Translations under genes and position numbers: made by a program
Shown: in pieces, positions 49,501 to 62,385 of the stretch
How positions within the stretch are numbered: position 1 is the stretch's first letter
How the letters are laid out: every line of letters begins with the position of its first letter
DNA from: Macrostomum lignano
Lineage: Eukaryota
Reading direction: 5' to 3'
Assembly (NCBI GenBank): GCA_002269645.1
Contig: NIVC01000925.1
Location: 1 to 64,000, forward strand
DNA: 64,000 bases
Notes under the pieces: generated by a model
The model's database searches: none
What the model was told of the DNA's origin: nothing
Seen by the model: the letters and a program-made list of their open reading frames with translations, nothing else

Positions 49501-49646
49501 TTCTAAAGAAAATTTGTATTCATTGGTAAATTTCAGTAAGATTTCAATTTTTTTACAGTATTAAAGTTTTTGTGCAAAAATATTTGTTCGAAATGAAACC
49601 TCTGAAAAACCTCAAAACCTCCGAAACCTCTCGATGAGAATCACCC
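46552..49646. mobile_element. 3.1-kb DNA transposon-like element with about 215-bp TIRs, superfamily unassigned
   Basis: 46552-46766 (GGGTGATTCTGCATCGAGAGGTTTCGGAGG...) is the imperfect reverse complement of 49433-49646 (...CCTCCGAAACCTCTCGATGAGAATCACCC). No TSD evident. Confidence 0.8.
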
Positions 49647-51734
49647 TCCATTTTCTATGCGGAATTCTAAATCTATGAAGCAGATTATTTGGAGAAGCCT
49701 GACAATCCTTTAAACTTTTACTATTTGAAGTAATAATTCTCAATTTTAATATTTAAAATGATTAATGATTACTAATCATTAATACCAAATCTTATTTCCT
49801 TAATTAGCTAGGCCTTCAATAATTTATTTCTTACTGGTCTGTTTTGAAGTATATCAACAATAAAACATTTAAACAATAAAAAACTTTTTTATTTTAAACT
49901 ATTTTTCACAGAAGACTGCCAGTAAACAATGCTTATGGTTATAGAAATGCTTTCGTTTTGCTACTTTTATACATTTCTTTGCTTTTCAGTTATATTTACT
50001 ACTGTCTCTCTTTACTCTTTCCATTAATATATAATGTTCACTTTTAAAGTTTAAGTGTGATAAATATTATAGGCCTCTTTCCTAAAATGACTGAATATTT
50101 TCTGTCTGGCATAGCTTTTGGATAGCTCCAACTGTGATGCCATGCATTTTTTCTTTTTAACTGCTATAGCCTACACTGCTATGTGAAGCATGCAAAAAAC
50201 TTTTTAACTTCTTGATGCATGCCAAAGATGTGGTACTAGATAGACTGCCTAGGATAGGGACTTCAGTGAGTTATAAGAAGTGCGTGCCAATGGCAAAAAA
50301 GTAAGAAAAAAGTCCAATTTTTCAAGGGCGATTTTAAAGAAACAATAGAAGCCAGGATGAAAGTAAAATATGCATTTAAAAGGTAAAAAGGAGCTCTTTC
50401 AAATGACACCAACTGCAAGTCTAGCTTTGTTATACTTTTTGCACTGTCTATTTTTAAAGTTGACCATTTTTAGGAGGAATATAAAATTGAAGCCAAAATG
50501 AATAAAAAAACAGTGGTTCAGAAAATGCTTTTTCTTAGCTGCAATGTGTTTCTTATAATGGAAACAAAGGTTTTATAGTGTAAAGGGATAATTTAGAAAC
50601 ATTTTTCTGGTGTTAAAAAAATTTTTTTTTTCTTTTAATGCCCATATGGCTCTATGCAAAATTTCAAATCCAAAATTTTCCATGAAATCCTTTTCCTGCA
50701 TTGTTTCTCTTTATATTTTTCATTACCTATTGACAATACAAGCACAGTAAAAAAAACCGCTTGCCAATAGCTATAGGCGCAAAAATTTTGTGGAGGTTTC
50801 TTTTTTTGATACGTTTACATGTAAAATACCCATTGAAACGTGTATTTCGTGTTTTTTGTGAGACTCTGCCTTCCGGCAAACTAGTTCTCTGTGTCATTTA
50901 ACTAATTCTGCTATGCTGAACACGATAGGCAAAACCATTTTTTAATAAACCCATGCGCAAAGCCTGTACAGCACATTACATTGCAGTTGGGGTGTCTGTC
51001 ATGCATTAAAAATTTAGGGCAAGAAGTAGAATAGTATTATAGTAGGTAAAAACCTGAACAAAATGACACTAGCCTTGTATAAATTAAGCAAGCAGAACAG
51101 ATGCTATTGTATTTTTAAAATTGCAATCATTGCGTATCTGGTTAAAATAGTCAAAATTTCATACACCCATCCTGTTTCAATTAGCTTAGCAACTTGGGCA
51201 TATAAAATAATATTAAAATATATAATTCATACAATTAACACTAAAAAACTGAACAAAATGACACCAAGCACAGTCATTTTGGTTGGCTAGAAAATTAATT
51301 ACAAGTGTTCAAAGACAAAAAGCCAACTTTTTGGCCAAAAATGATCACAAACCGTAATGTAAAAATTCCATTGGCTAAAGGCACAAATCGGGGTTACTAA
51401 AATAGCTGTAGTTTCCTTATTACTCAACCAAATCACTAAAGTTTGGCCATTTTGGAAATGGGAAAGTAAGATCTATCTAGTGAAATAGCAGCCTATAACA
51501 ATTTCTGAAATTTAATTTTCTCACTGAAGTGCCTACCTAGGACTATGTTGCATGCAAGAATTTTCTCTAGAACAGTATTGTTGGGAGTATGGAACATGGG
51601 AGTATTAACAAATTCTGGCCATTTTGCCATCAAACTTTTTTGGCTAGACAATTTATCTTTAGGCCTATCCCAAGGCCTTAGGGCCCTTGGCTTTCCTATA
51701 TATATAGATAAGGCCTATCAATTCTATAGTTTCT

Positions 51735-52046
51735 ATAATCTAGTATTCTAAAAACGAAAAAGTTGTTTGCTTGCTTATATGCAATCAATTATCTCCCAAA
51801 AAGCTCAACCAACTTTTGCTGTTTCTTTGCCAAAATATATCAAATGTGTTAGGGATAGACAATAGGCCTAGTACACGAATTTTTATTAAGCTCTAGCTCA
51901 TTGCTAAAGAGATTATCAAAGGCCAACTGATAAGAAAACTCACTGCGCCCCACTACCCTGATAATTACTCTATTTAACTTGTATAACCATTAAAAGTGGG
52001 ATATAATAAAACTTCTAGATGCTGGCAGATAGCTCTAATTAGCTAG
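51735..52046 (+). mobile_element. Short Helitron-like unit related to 59392-60157
   Basis: Shared 5' segment (ctaaaaac.aaaaagtt...atgcaatcaatt.tctccc...caacc); ends AGCTAG|T immediately before the next unit. Confidence 0.45.
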
Positions 52047-54891
52047 TCTTCTATCTATATATACTAAAGTTGACGTGTTGTTTGTCTGTCTGTCTGTCTG
52101 TCATTTCGACAACTCCTCCTTGAATAGTGCCAACTCAGCATTGAAACTTATATGGGAAGATTGGAAATTATCCGAGGTCGGCTATAGGCTATTTTAATTC
52201 TGAAATTTTAATTTCTAAGATCCTCAAAAAAGCAGAAAACGGCGGTCTTGACCTTTGATAATCTTAATTGTCCCCTCTTTCTGCTTGGAGCTGAAAATTT
52301 GCATGAATTTCAAGTGATTGCGCCACAACTTTTCCCTATCTCTGCAGTGTATTTTCTCTCCAGTGGGGGATGGGGCGTTCTAAATGGCTGCATGTGTACA
52401 ATCGGACCCTGGCTCACTGGCTGACTGTATAGACAATTGCGCAAAGATTTGTGTTCTAATTTTCAATAGGCAGCCCTGTGATTTTGTTGAACCTTGAAAT
52501 TCAATGCATAAACTTGCGGGCCTCTTTAGCAGGCAGTGAACGTACAATCGATATTTCAATGCTTTAAATCAGAAAGTTTCAAACGCAAACTGTTGCTCGA
52601 GTTTTTAACTTTGAGAGAAAAAATTTATATTGCTGGAAAGAATTTGCAAAGCTGATTTCAGGGATATAAATTGTTTGCTTTAAATATGAAAACTAAAAGC
52701 TCTGCATTGCAAAAACTATTTCCATACTTTAAACTTTCTGCAAAGATTGTACTCATTTTAGGATTTCAATGGCGTTCGACTGACCCCCCAACAGTTAGGA
52801 GGTCGGTCGGTGTGTATTTGAGGGTTGATTTAGATTGCGCAATCTGTTTGTTAACTTTAACTGAGACTGATACTGACTAACACAGAAATATATTGCACAA
52901 TCAATTGATTCAATTGGTTCATTTTTTATTATCGGCCCTGTGTATTAGTTTGGCAGTGAAATTCAATGAATAAACTTGCGAGCTTCTCTAGCCAGAAGTC
53001 GGAAAATCGGTAAATTTCAAACGCTAACTGTTCCTCGAGTTTTAAACTTTCAGAGGAGAAACATATATTGCTGGAAAGATCTTGCAACGCTGAGTTCGGG
53101 GATATAAGTTGTTTGCTTTAAATATAAAAAGAAAAAGCACAGCATTGAAAAAAACTATTTCCATGCTTTTAACTTTCTGCAAAAATTGTGCTCAGTTTTG
53201 CGAGACGTAATAGATAAAGTTGGGGGGGGAGGGTTCAACTTCTCACTGCTGCTGTGTATTGGAGGGTTGATTTAGATTGCGCAATGTTTTTGTTAACTTT
53301 AACTGAGACTGATACTGACTGACTGTGAAATCGGTTGCACCATCAATTTGTTTTATTATCTGTGCCTTCTAATATGCTGCCCTGTGTAATAGCCGGCCTG
53401 TGTAATGAATGAATCAACTTGCGAGCCTCTTTGGCAGGCAGTGAACGTACACTCGATATTTTAATGCTTTAAAACGGAAACTTTCAAACGCTAACTGCTC
53501 TTCGAGTTCTAAACTTTAAGAGAAGAGACTTATACTGCTGAAAAGATCTTGCAACGCTTAGTTCGAGGATATAAATTGTTAGCTTTCAATATAAAGACTA
53601 AAAGAGCAGCATCAAAAAAACTATTTCCATACTTTTAGCTTTATGCAAAGATTGTACTCATTTTTTGGTTCAATGCCCCCAACAGATGGGGGTTCAATTT
53701 CTAACTGCCACAGCGTATTGAAAAGGGGTCGGTCTCTGTGTACTGGAGGGTTGATTTAGATTGCGCAATGTTTTTGTTAACTTTAACTGAGGCTGATACT
53801 GACTGACTGTGAAATCGGTTGAGCAATGAATTGATTCAATTAGTTCAATAATTTTATCAGTGCCTTTTAACACGAAGCTGTGCGTAGTTCTAACCCAAAC
53901 CCTAACCCTAACCCTAACCAATGAATCCGGAGAGTTGAGTTGTTTGACGGAAAAAATTCGATTGAGTCCAGTTTAGCGGAGACGATTTCAATGTTTTAAT
54001 TTTGAAGGAGAGGATTTCTGTTTCGTGGAGAGGATTTCGATGGTGTTCAGTTTCACGGAGAGGATTTCTGTTTCGCAGAGATAATTTATGACTGATTTCT
54101 GTTTTATGGAGACGATTTTGATGGATTTAAGTTTCAAGGAGAGGATTTCGAAGGAGTCCAGTTTCACGGAGAGGATTTCGATGGTTTTCAGTTGCACCGA
54201 CAGGATTTTTCTGCTTCGCGGAGAGCATTTGGCATCTTCAATCAGTCAGAGAAAAGAGTAAAGAGAAGAATGAAAAGAGAAGAGAGATGAGATGATAGAA
54301 AACAGAGCAGAAATGAGTGGAGAGATTAGACCTGACAGATAGGAGAGAAGAGGGGAGTAAGGCGGGAACGAAGTAGAGAGAAGAGAAGAGGAGAGAGGAG
54401 ATGAGAGGGGAGATATGAGATAGCAGAGGGAGACAAGAGAGATGATAGGAGAGAGAATAGAGATGTGAGATAAGAGCGTACAGAGGAAATAGAAGAGAGG
54501 GAGAGTAGAAGGGAAAGAAAGAGTCAGATGAGGGATGAGAGATGAGAGAGGAGGGGAGAGAGAAGAGAGGAAAAAAGAGGGGAGAAATGAGACAAGAGAG
54601 AGTAGAGACGAAAGACCAGGGAGAAGATATAAATAAGTTAGTAGAGATGAGAGGAGAGAGAGGAGAGAGAAGAGAGTCACGATCACGATAATAGCGAACA
54701 GAGGAGAGAGGAGATATGAGAGACGTGAGAGTCTTTGAGCTATGTTCTTTGAAAGGTTTTGTAAAGAATTTGGAGACGATTTGGAAGATAGGGTTCAAGA
54801 CATGAAATTTCAGTTGATGGATATTTCAGGGAATGGAATTCCGGTGATGGGAGTTCTTCCCCTTTCTCCTCCAAAGGAGGAGTTCCACTCG
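52047..54891 (+). mobile_element. Helitron-like family B, unit 1 (internal about 480-bp segment triplicated at about 52460-53870)
   Basis: TC...TATACTAAAGTTGACGTG start; (CCCTAA)n at 53890-53919; TTCACGGAGAGGATTTC minisatellite; GA tract at 54245-54730; 3' hairpin CTCCTCC-AAA-GGAGGAG followed by CTCG|T. Confidence 0.65.
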
Positions 54892-57067
54892 TATATACTA
54901 AAGTTGACGTGTTGTTTGTCTGTATGTCTGTGTGTCTGTCATTTCGACAACTCCTCCTTGAATAGTGCCAACTCAGCGTTGAAACTTATATGGGAAGATT
55001 GGAAATTATCCGAGGTCGGCTATAGGCTATTTTAATTCTGAAATTTTAATTTCTAAGATCCTCAAAAAAGCAGAAAACTTGAATCTTGACCTTTGATAAT
55101 CTTAATTGTCCCCTCTTTCTGCTTGAAGCTGAAAAATGCATGAATTTTTAGTGATTGCGCCACAACTTTTCCCTATCTCTGTAGTGTATTTTCTTTCCAG
55201 TGGGGGTGGGAGCGTTCTCAGTGGCTGCGTGTGTACACTTGGACCCTGGCTCACTGGCTGACTTTATAGATAATTGCGCAATGATATGGCTACTGATAAG
55301 TTTTCCTGCCTTTCAATGGGCAGTCCTGTGTATTTGTTGGACATTGAAATTCAATGCATCAACTTGCAAGCAGGCAGTGAACGTACACTCGATACTTCAA
55401 TGCTATAAATCAGACAGTTTCAAACGCTAACTGTTCCTCGAGTTTTCAACTTTGAGAGGAGAAACTTATATTGCTGGCAAGATCTTGCAACGCTGAGTTC
55501 GGGGATATAAGTTGTTTGCTTTAAATATGAAAAGAAAAAGCACAGCTTTAACTTTCTGCAAAGATTGTACTTTAATCTGCAAAGATTGTTGGGGGAGGGT
55601 TCAACTTCTCACTGCTGCTGTGTATTGGAGGGTCGATTTAGATTGCGCAATGTTTTTGTTAACTTTACCTGAGGCTGATACTGACTGACTGTGAAATCGG
55701 TTGCGCAATGAATTGATTCAATTAGTTCAATATTTTTATCTGTGCCTTTTAACACGAAGCTGTGCGTAGTTCTAACCCTAACCCTAACCCTAACCCTAAC
55801 CCTAATGAATCTGGCGAGTTGAGTTGTTTGACGGAAAAAATTCGATTAAGTCAAGTTTAGCGGAGACGATTTCAATGTTTAAATTCTGACGGAGAAGATT
55901 TCTGTTTCGTGGAGAGGATTTCGATGATGTTCAGTTTCACGAAAGGATTTCCATGGTGTTCAGTTTCACGGAGAGGATTTCGATCATGTTCAGCTTCACG
56001 GAGAGGCTTTCTGTTTCGCGGAGATAATTTATGATTGATTTCTGTTTTATGGAAACAATTTTGATGGATTTAAGTTTCAAGGAGAGGATTTCGAAGGAGT
56101 CCAGTTTCACTGAGAGGATTTCGATGGTTTTTAGTTGCACAGACAGGATTTTTGCTTCGCGGAGAGGATCTTGATGGATTTGGCATCTTCAATCAGTCAG
56201 AGAAGAGAGTAAAGAGAAGACTGAAAAGAGAAGAGAGAAGAGATGATAGAAAACAGAGTATAATTGAGTGGAGAGATTAGACATGACAGATTGGAGATGA
56301 TAGGAGAGAGAATAGATGAGGGATAAGAGCGTACAGAGGCAATAGAAGAGAGGGGAGAGTAGAGGAGAAAGAAAGAGTGAGATGAGGAGATGAGGGATGA
56401 GAGAGGAGGGGAGAGAGGAGACAGGAGAGAGTACAGACGAAAGACTAGGGAGAAGATATAAATAAGGTAGTAAAGATGAGAGGAGAGAGGGGAGAGAGAA
56501 GCGAAAGGAGAAGAGAGTGAGGAGAGAGGAGAGAGATGAAAGGAGCAAGGAAAGGAGAAAAGAGAGAATGGAGAGAATAGAAAAGAGAGAAGAGAAGAGA
56601 CAGGGGATAGTGAAAAGGAGGAAGAAAGATGGGAGACAAGAAAGTAGTGTCAGAGCGTATATGAAATATGAGAAATGAGAGCAGAGAGAAGAGAAAAGAG
56701 AAGAGAGAGAGAGGGTTAAGAGAGACGATAGATAAGTGAGTAGAGATGACATATGAGAGAGGAGAGAAGAGGGAGAGATAAGAGTGAAGAGAGGAGACAG
56801 AAGACAGGAGAAGGTACAGACGAAAGACGAGGAGAAGAGATAAATAAGGGAGCATGGGTAGAGATGAGATGAGAGAGAGGAGAGAGGAGATATGAGAGAC
56901 TTGAGAGTCTTTGAGCTATGGTCTTTGAAAGATTTTGTAAAGAATTTGGAGACAATTTGGAAGATAGGGTTAAAGACATGGAATTTCAGTTGATGGATAT
57001 TTCAGGGAATAGAATTCCGGTGATGGGAGTTCTTCCCCTTTCTCCTCCGAAGGAGGAGTTCCACTCG
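54892..57067 (+). mobile_element. Helitron-like family B, unit 2
   Basis: Head-to-tail with unit 1; same 5' end; (CCCTAA)n at 55772-55805; GA tract at 56190-56905; same 3' hairpin and CTCG. Confidence 0.65.
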
Positions 57068-59388
57068 CTTAATACTAAAACTGATGCGATGTTTGTTTGT
57101 GTGTTGCAATTTTTCTCCTAAACTACTGGCAAGTCAGCGTTGAAACTTATATGGGAAAACTGCAAATTTTCCGGATTGGGTTTATAGCTATTTTAATCTT
57201 TCATTTTTACATTTTAAGATCCCTAAAAAAGCAGAAAACTGTTTTTTAACCCTCAATAACCTTCTTTGGCCACTCTGCCTGGGGCTGTAGCCAGTTTGTA
57301 AAAATAGCCACCCCAACCTCCGCCCGCGGGCCGCCGTGTATTGAGGGGTGGTGGGTGCGCGTGTTCTGCGTTCAATGCAAATAACCCCCCCCCCGCGTGT
57401 TGGGGGGTTCAATTAAATTTAACGATTCCCCCGGAATGGGAGGGGGTTGGGCTTGGGCTGAGTGTACATAGCAGTTGTACAGTGTAAGGAGATAGCTAGG
57501 ACTGTGTCGAGATTTAATTGGTTTTATTATCGGCGGCATTCAATAGGCAGCCATGTGTATTTGCTGGGCAGTAAAATTTAATGAATAAACTTGCGAGCCT
57601 CTTTAGCAGGCTGTGAACGTACACTCGATACTTTAATGCTTTAAATCAGGAAATTTCAAGCGCTAACTGTTCCTCGAGTTTTAAACTTTCAGAGGAGAGA
57701 CTTATATTACTGGAAAGATCTTGCAATACTGAGTTCAGGGATATAAGTTGTTTGCTTTAAATGTGAAAACAAAAAGCACAGCATTTAAAAAACTATTTGG
57801 CTCATTCCATATAAGATGGACATATTTGGAAAATAGAAAAAAGTCAATATTTTTGCTTGCCATTGCCTAATTAGCCTATTTTTTTTACCAAATGTTTATA
57901 TTGTGCAATATATACAATCTAAGAATAAAGGAATGGTAAAATGTTGGATTAGTATGTTATCAATTGGCAAAAAGTCATTTTTGTAAAAATTTGGACATTT
58001 TTTGAAGCAAAAGACATCATTAAGATTTTTTACCTTTTAAAAACAAATAGAAAGCTTTTGAAGGTTGAAACAAACTATAGATAAAAGTATAGTACTTGCA
58101 TCATCAGATAAAAGCATTGGTGACCAAATAATCTATTATATTTTTAATGTATTAGTACCTCAAAGTTACTGAATTGACAGAAAAAAATATGTTACGACCA
58201 TAATGTTACGACCATAAGGCTGCCTTTTCTTTTGTATCTTTGTTGCCTTTTGAGTTTATATATTCTAATAAAAGAGTATGATTTCTAAAGATGTTCTTAG
58301 TCAAATTTTAAAAATGTATTGCAAAATATCAAAAATGAAAAATGTTATAAGACTTTTACCTTTTAGTTTCTATATGTCAAAAATCCTGTTGTTACGACCA
58401 TAAGTGTCATTTAAGGTTTAATAGCATCTATACTAATGATGATATCTATATGAAACTCTAAAAATATATTCTAGACAAAATAATCTTTCATTTAAAATAT
58501 TGGTTTAGTATATTCTATTATTAGATTTCATTTTATAAGTAAAAATAACCTGTCATGTTACGACCATGCTTATATGGAATGAGCCATTTCCATACTTTTA
58601 ACTTTCGGCAGTGTACTCATTTTGGAGTTCAATGGGGGTTCGACCAACCCCCCAACAGTTGGTGGGAGGGGGGGTTCAACTTTTAATTGCCACTGCATAT
58701 TGGAAGGGGGTCAGTCGCTGTGTATTGGAGGGTTGATTTAGTTTGCGCAATCTTTTTGTTAACTTTTACCGAGACTGATACTGACTGACTGTGAAATCGG
58801 TTGCGCATTCAATTAATTCAATTGGTTCAACACGCTGCTGCGTTGTAGCTCTAACCCTAACCCTAACCCTAACCACTAAATCCTGAGAGTTGATTCTTTT
58901 TTACGGAGAAAATTTCGATTCAGTCCAGTTTAATGGAGAGAATTTCTGTTTCGTGGAGACGATTTTGATGGATGTCAGTTTCACGGAGAGGATTTCCATG
59001 GAGTCCAGTTTCACGGAGAGGATTTCTGTTTCTCGGAGGGGATTTTGATGAATGTCTGTTTCACGGAGAGGATTTCCATGGAGTCCAGTTTCACGGAGAG
59101 GATTTCTGTTTCTCGGAGGGGATTTTGATGAATGTCAGTTTCACGGAGAGGATTTTCATGGAGTCCAGTTTCACGGAGAGGATTTCTGTTTCTCGGAGGG
59201 GATTTTGATGAATGTCAGTTTCACGGAGAGGTGTTTGATGGAGTTCTCTTTTACGGAGAAGATTTCGATGATGTTCAGTTTCGCGGAGAGGAGTTAGATG
59301 ATGGGATTCAGGGAATGGCATTTCAGGGAATGGAGTTCCGGTGATGGGAATTCTTCCCCTTTCTCCTCCAGAGGAGGAGTTGGCCTCG
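57068..59388 (+). mobile_element. Helitron-like family B, unit 3 (diverged, carries an insertion)
   Basis: Homologous body; (CCCTAA)n at 58851-58874; expanded TTCACGGAGAGGATTT array at about 58915-59300; 3' hairpin CTCCTCC-AGA-GGAGGAG then CTCG. Confidence 0.6.
57799..58585. mobile_element. 787-bp non-autonomous TIR element with 4-bp ATTT TSD (Sola-like)
   Basis: Perfect 17-bp TIR GGCTCATTCCATATAAG / CTTATATGGAATGAGCC; ATTT duplicated at 57795-57798 and 58586-58589. The empty site aaaactatttccat is present in sister segments (e.g. about 52715, 53155, 53620). Confidence 0.85.
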
Positions 59389-59391
59389 TAA

Positions 59392-60157
59392 GTATACTAA
59401 AAACAAAAAGTTTCTAGCTTGTATGCAATCAATTTTCTCCCAAATAGGTCAACCAATTTTCTCCGTTTCTTTGCCAAGAGATGTCAAATGTGCCTGGCTT
59501 GGTACATATATTTTTATTAAGCTCTAGCTTATTGCTAAATAGATTAAATATCAAAAAACTATATTTTCCCTATCTAGCCCCCCTTTCTAATTGGTGTTTT
59601 TTTGCAGTGAGAGCTCAATATGTCTAGGGCCATAGACTAAACTTCAATTTCTTGAGCTGATGCTACAAGCTATAAAAATTAAATATTTGAAAGTATATGC
59701 AAGGGAAAAAAAATGCTGAGTGGCTGTGTGTGTATATTCTGATCTTGGCTAATTGGCGGACTGCATACACAATTGCTATTTATAGATTTCACTCAACTAT
59801 GCATTGGCTCTGCCTGCACACTGAGCAGCCTATTGCTGCTATGTATTTGACTGCAGTGCTGAAGCATATATGGCTAATATTCTAACCCTCCAATCAATAG
59901 GTGGAGTAGCCGCACTGTAGGCACTATGACTGTTTAGGCCAGGCATAAGGTCCCTGGTCTCAGGTGCTTGCTAAGACTAGGTGATGCTTGCTATATGGGG
60001 GATGCTTACTGTCTGGGGATGCTTGCTGTCTGGGGATGCTTGCTGTCTAGGGGATGCTTGCTGTCTGGTAGATTCTTTCTGTCTAGGGGGTTTATTTCTT
60101 GCTACATTACATCATTACATTTTTTCTTTGCTCTCTAATGGGGGTATACATTGCTAG
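59392..60157 (+). mobile_element. Helitron-like unit ending with a family A-type 3' end
   Basis: TATACTAAAAAC start; GGGGATGCTTGCTGTCT repeats at about 59980-60070; ends ggggtatacattgCTAG|T. Confidence 0.5.
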
Positions 60158-60644
60158 TAATATACTATTTCTATTCTAGAAAATCCAAAGAATCTAGATC
60201 AACATTACAATACAATATACAATACAAGCAAACTTGATACAATATCACAAGATCTTCAAAACACATTTGTCTTAATTGTCAAGTTATTATTTAAATTAAA
60301 TTAATTTTGTCTTTTTACTCATTTTTTGAGTGGGTTTCTTTCTTTGCCACCTTTAGCTTTATGTTTATAGGGTACTATCCATACATTGTTTTTTATTCCA
60401 ATAGGGCCAATGTCTAATAGGCTGTATCATAATTATAGCAATACTTTTTTATCCCATGAATGAAGTTTTTTGTACTTATTATTATAATTGTTATTTGCCA
60501 AAACATTCCAGACTTTATTAGAGGCAGAGGCTGTATATTGTAGCATTCTAAGCAATGTTGTCAACACCACTAGCAAGAAAAATTACTGCTTATTCTTTTA
60601 ACTCACCTGAGCAGGTACACAACCATATCAGATATATGCAGTCA

Positions 60645-60872
60645 ATATACATAGGCACATACTCACATTGGAGTGTTAGCAACCCTAACTTTATTTATTG
60701 TTAGGTGTGTAAATTTCACTGTGCCTTTAAGGGGTTGGTCTTCAAGGGTGCAAGTAGACCCAAGCCAAGATTCCAATTTAGCCCCAAATTAATATGACTT
60801 TATTTGGAATCAAGCCTGGGCTGCTTGCACACAGGATGCTGAATCAATATACCATACTAGGCTACAACCCCA
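60645..60872 (-). mobile_element. Diverged copy of the tRNA-derived SINE
   Basis: ccaagccaagattccaatttagccccaaattaat.tgact...tggaatcaagcctggg aligns with 63690-63746. Confidence 0.7.
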
Positions 60873-61102
60873 CATAGTTCTATATTTTTTTGGATATCAA
60901 GACATTTGCATTGTGCAACTTCTTTAGGTCAGAAAGGCTTAACAATGTAAGTGGTAAGGTAGTGTAGAGATGTTCATATTTTTTGACTGATGCCAGCTGG
61001 CATCTTTGCTCCTATCTTGAAAGGAAAGTTGAATATTTCACATAATTATTCACCAACATGAAGCAAAATGTGTGCTATCTTGCAGACCCAAAATCAGGCA
61101 AC

Positions 61103-61314
61103 ATGCCAGTCCCGAGCACAGGAAAGAACACGTTGCCAAACTTGAACGCGATTTGGCCTCTGTGACTCGCGAATATCAAATGAATCGAATGAAATCGTCT
61201 GAAACCATACCCCAGATACTGCAGTACATCAAGGACCACGCCAATGAGGACCATCTGCTGCATCCAGCCAAGGAAAATCCGTTCAATCCCAAGCGCTCCT
61301 GCGTACTTCTTTAA
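61103..61314 (+). CDS. Heterotrimeric G-protein gamma subunit (GGL domain, CaaX CVLL); apparent 1-nt frameshift near the 5' end
   Basis: KEHVAKLERDLASVTREYQMNRMKSSETIPQILQYIKDHANEDHLLHPAKENPFNPKRSCVLL*. There is no in-frame ATG upstream of the domain. The ATG at 61103 (GGCAAC-ATG, same context as the GLOD4 start) is one base out of frame. Confidence 0.8.
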
Positions 61315-61617
61315 ACTAATTTTATGCTTTGAAATCTCTTTTAGCTGGGTTAATAACTTGATTCATTATTGATTTTCGGGTCTGTTTTTCGGCTTTTGTA
61401 CTTGCTATTTTTCTAGTGTAGTTTGGATTAGTTTATTAAACTGTTATATTTTTCATTAGCAAAGATTTCACACGTGTCTCCTGTTCTGTCCATTGTACTA
61501 TTATTTTGAATTGTTGAAACGTTAAAGCATTGTAACTGCTCTCTGAATATCAGATTCAGTTAGTCATCGATCTAGCATGCTCTTGAAATCTATTTAGTTA
61601 CTGTTTACCAAATTCCT

Positions 61618-62385
61618 TAGGCCACTGATCTACCAGATTCAGTAGGCCACTGATCTACCAGATTCAGTAGGTCACTGATCTACCAGATGCTTTAGGTCAC
61701 TGATCTACCAGATTCAGTAGGTCACTGATCTACTAGATGCTGTAGGTCACTTATCTACCAGATTCAGTAGGTCACTGATCTAACAGATTTAGTAGGTCAC
61801 TTATCTACCAGATTCAGTAGGTCACTGATCTACCAGATTCAGTAAGGTCACTGATCTACCAGATTCAGTAGGTCACTGATCTACCAGATTCAGTAGGTCA
61901 CTGACCTACCAGATAATATAGATCTCTAATCTACTAGATTCAGTAGGTAACTGAACTACCAGATAATATAGATCTCTTATCTACCAGATTCAGTAGGTCA
62001 CTGATCTACCAGATTCAGTAGGTCACTGATCTACCAGATTCAGTAGGTCACTGATCTACCAGATTCAGTAGGCCACTGATCTACCAGATTCAGTAGGCCA
62101 CTGATCTACCAGATGCTGTAGGTCACTGATCTACCAGATTCAGTAGGCCACTGATCTACCAGATGCTGTAGGTCACTTATCTACCAGATTCAGTAGGTCA
62201 CTGATCTACCAGATTTAGTAGGTCACTTATCTACCAGATTCAGTAGGTCACTGATCTACCAGATGCTGTAGGTCACTGATCTACCAGATTCAGTAGGTCA
62301 CTGATCTACCAGATGCTGTAGGTCACTGATCTACCAGATTCAGTAGGTCACTGATCTACCAGATGCTGTAGGTCACTGATCTATC
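61618..62385 (+). repeat. 25-bp minisatellite (GTAGGTCACTGATCTACCAGATTCA)n
   Basis: About 30 tandem units downstream of the G-gamma stop. Confidence 0.95.

Noticed and set aside
53890-53919. CCCTAA tracts as a true chromosome end or fusion scar
   Set aside because: Only 4-6 units, at identical positions within repeated elements, and with no head-to-head TTAGGG/CCCTAA junction.
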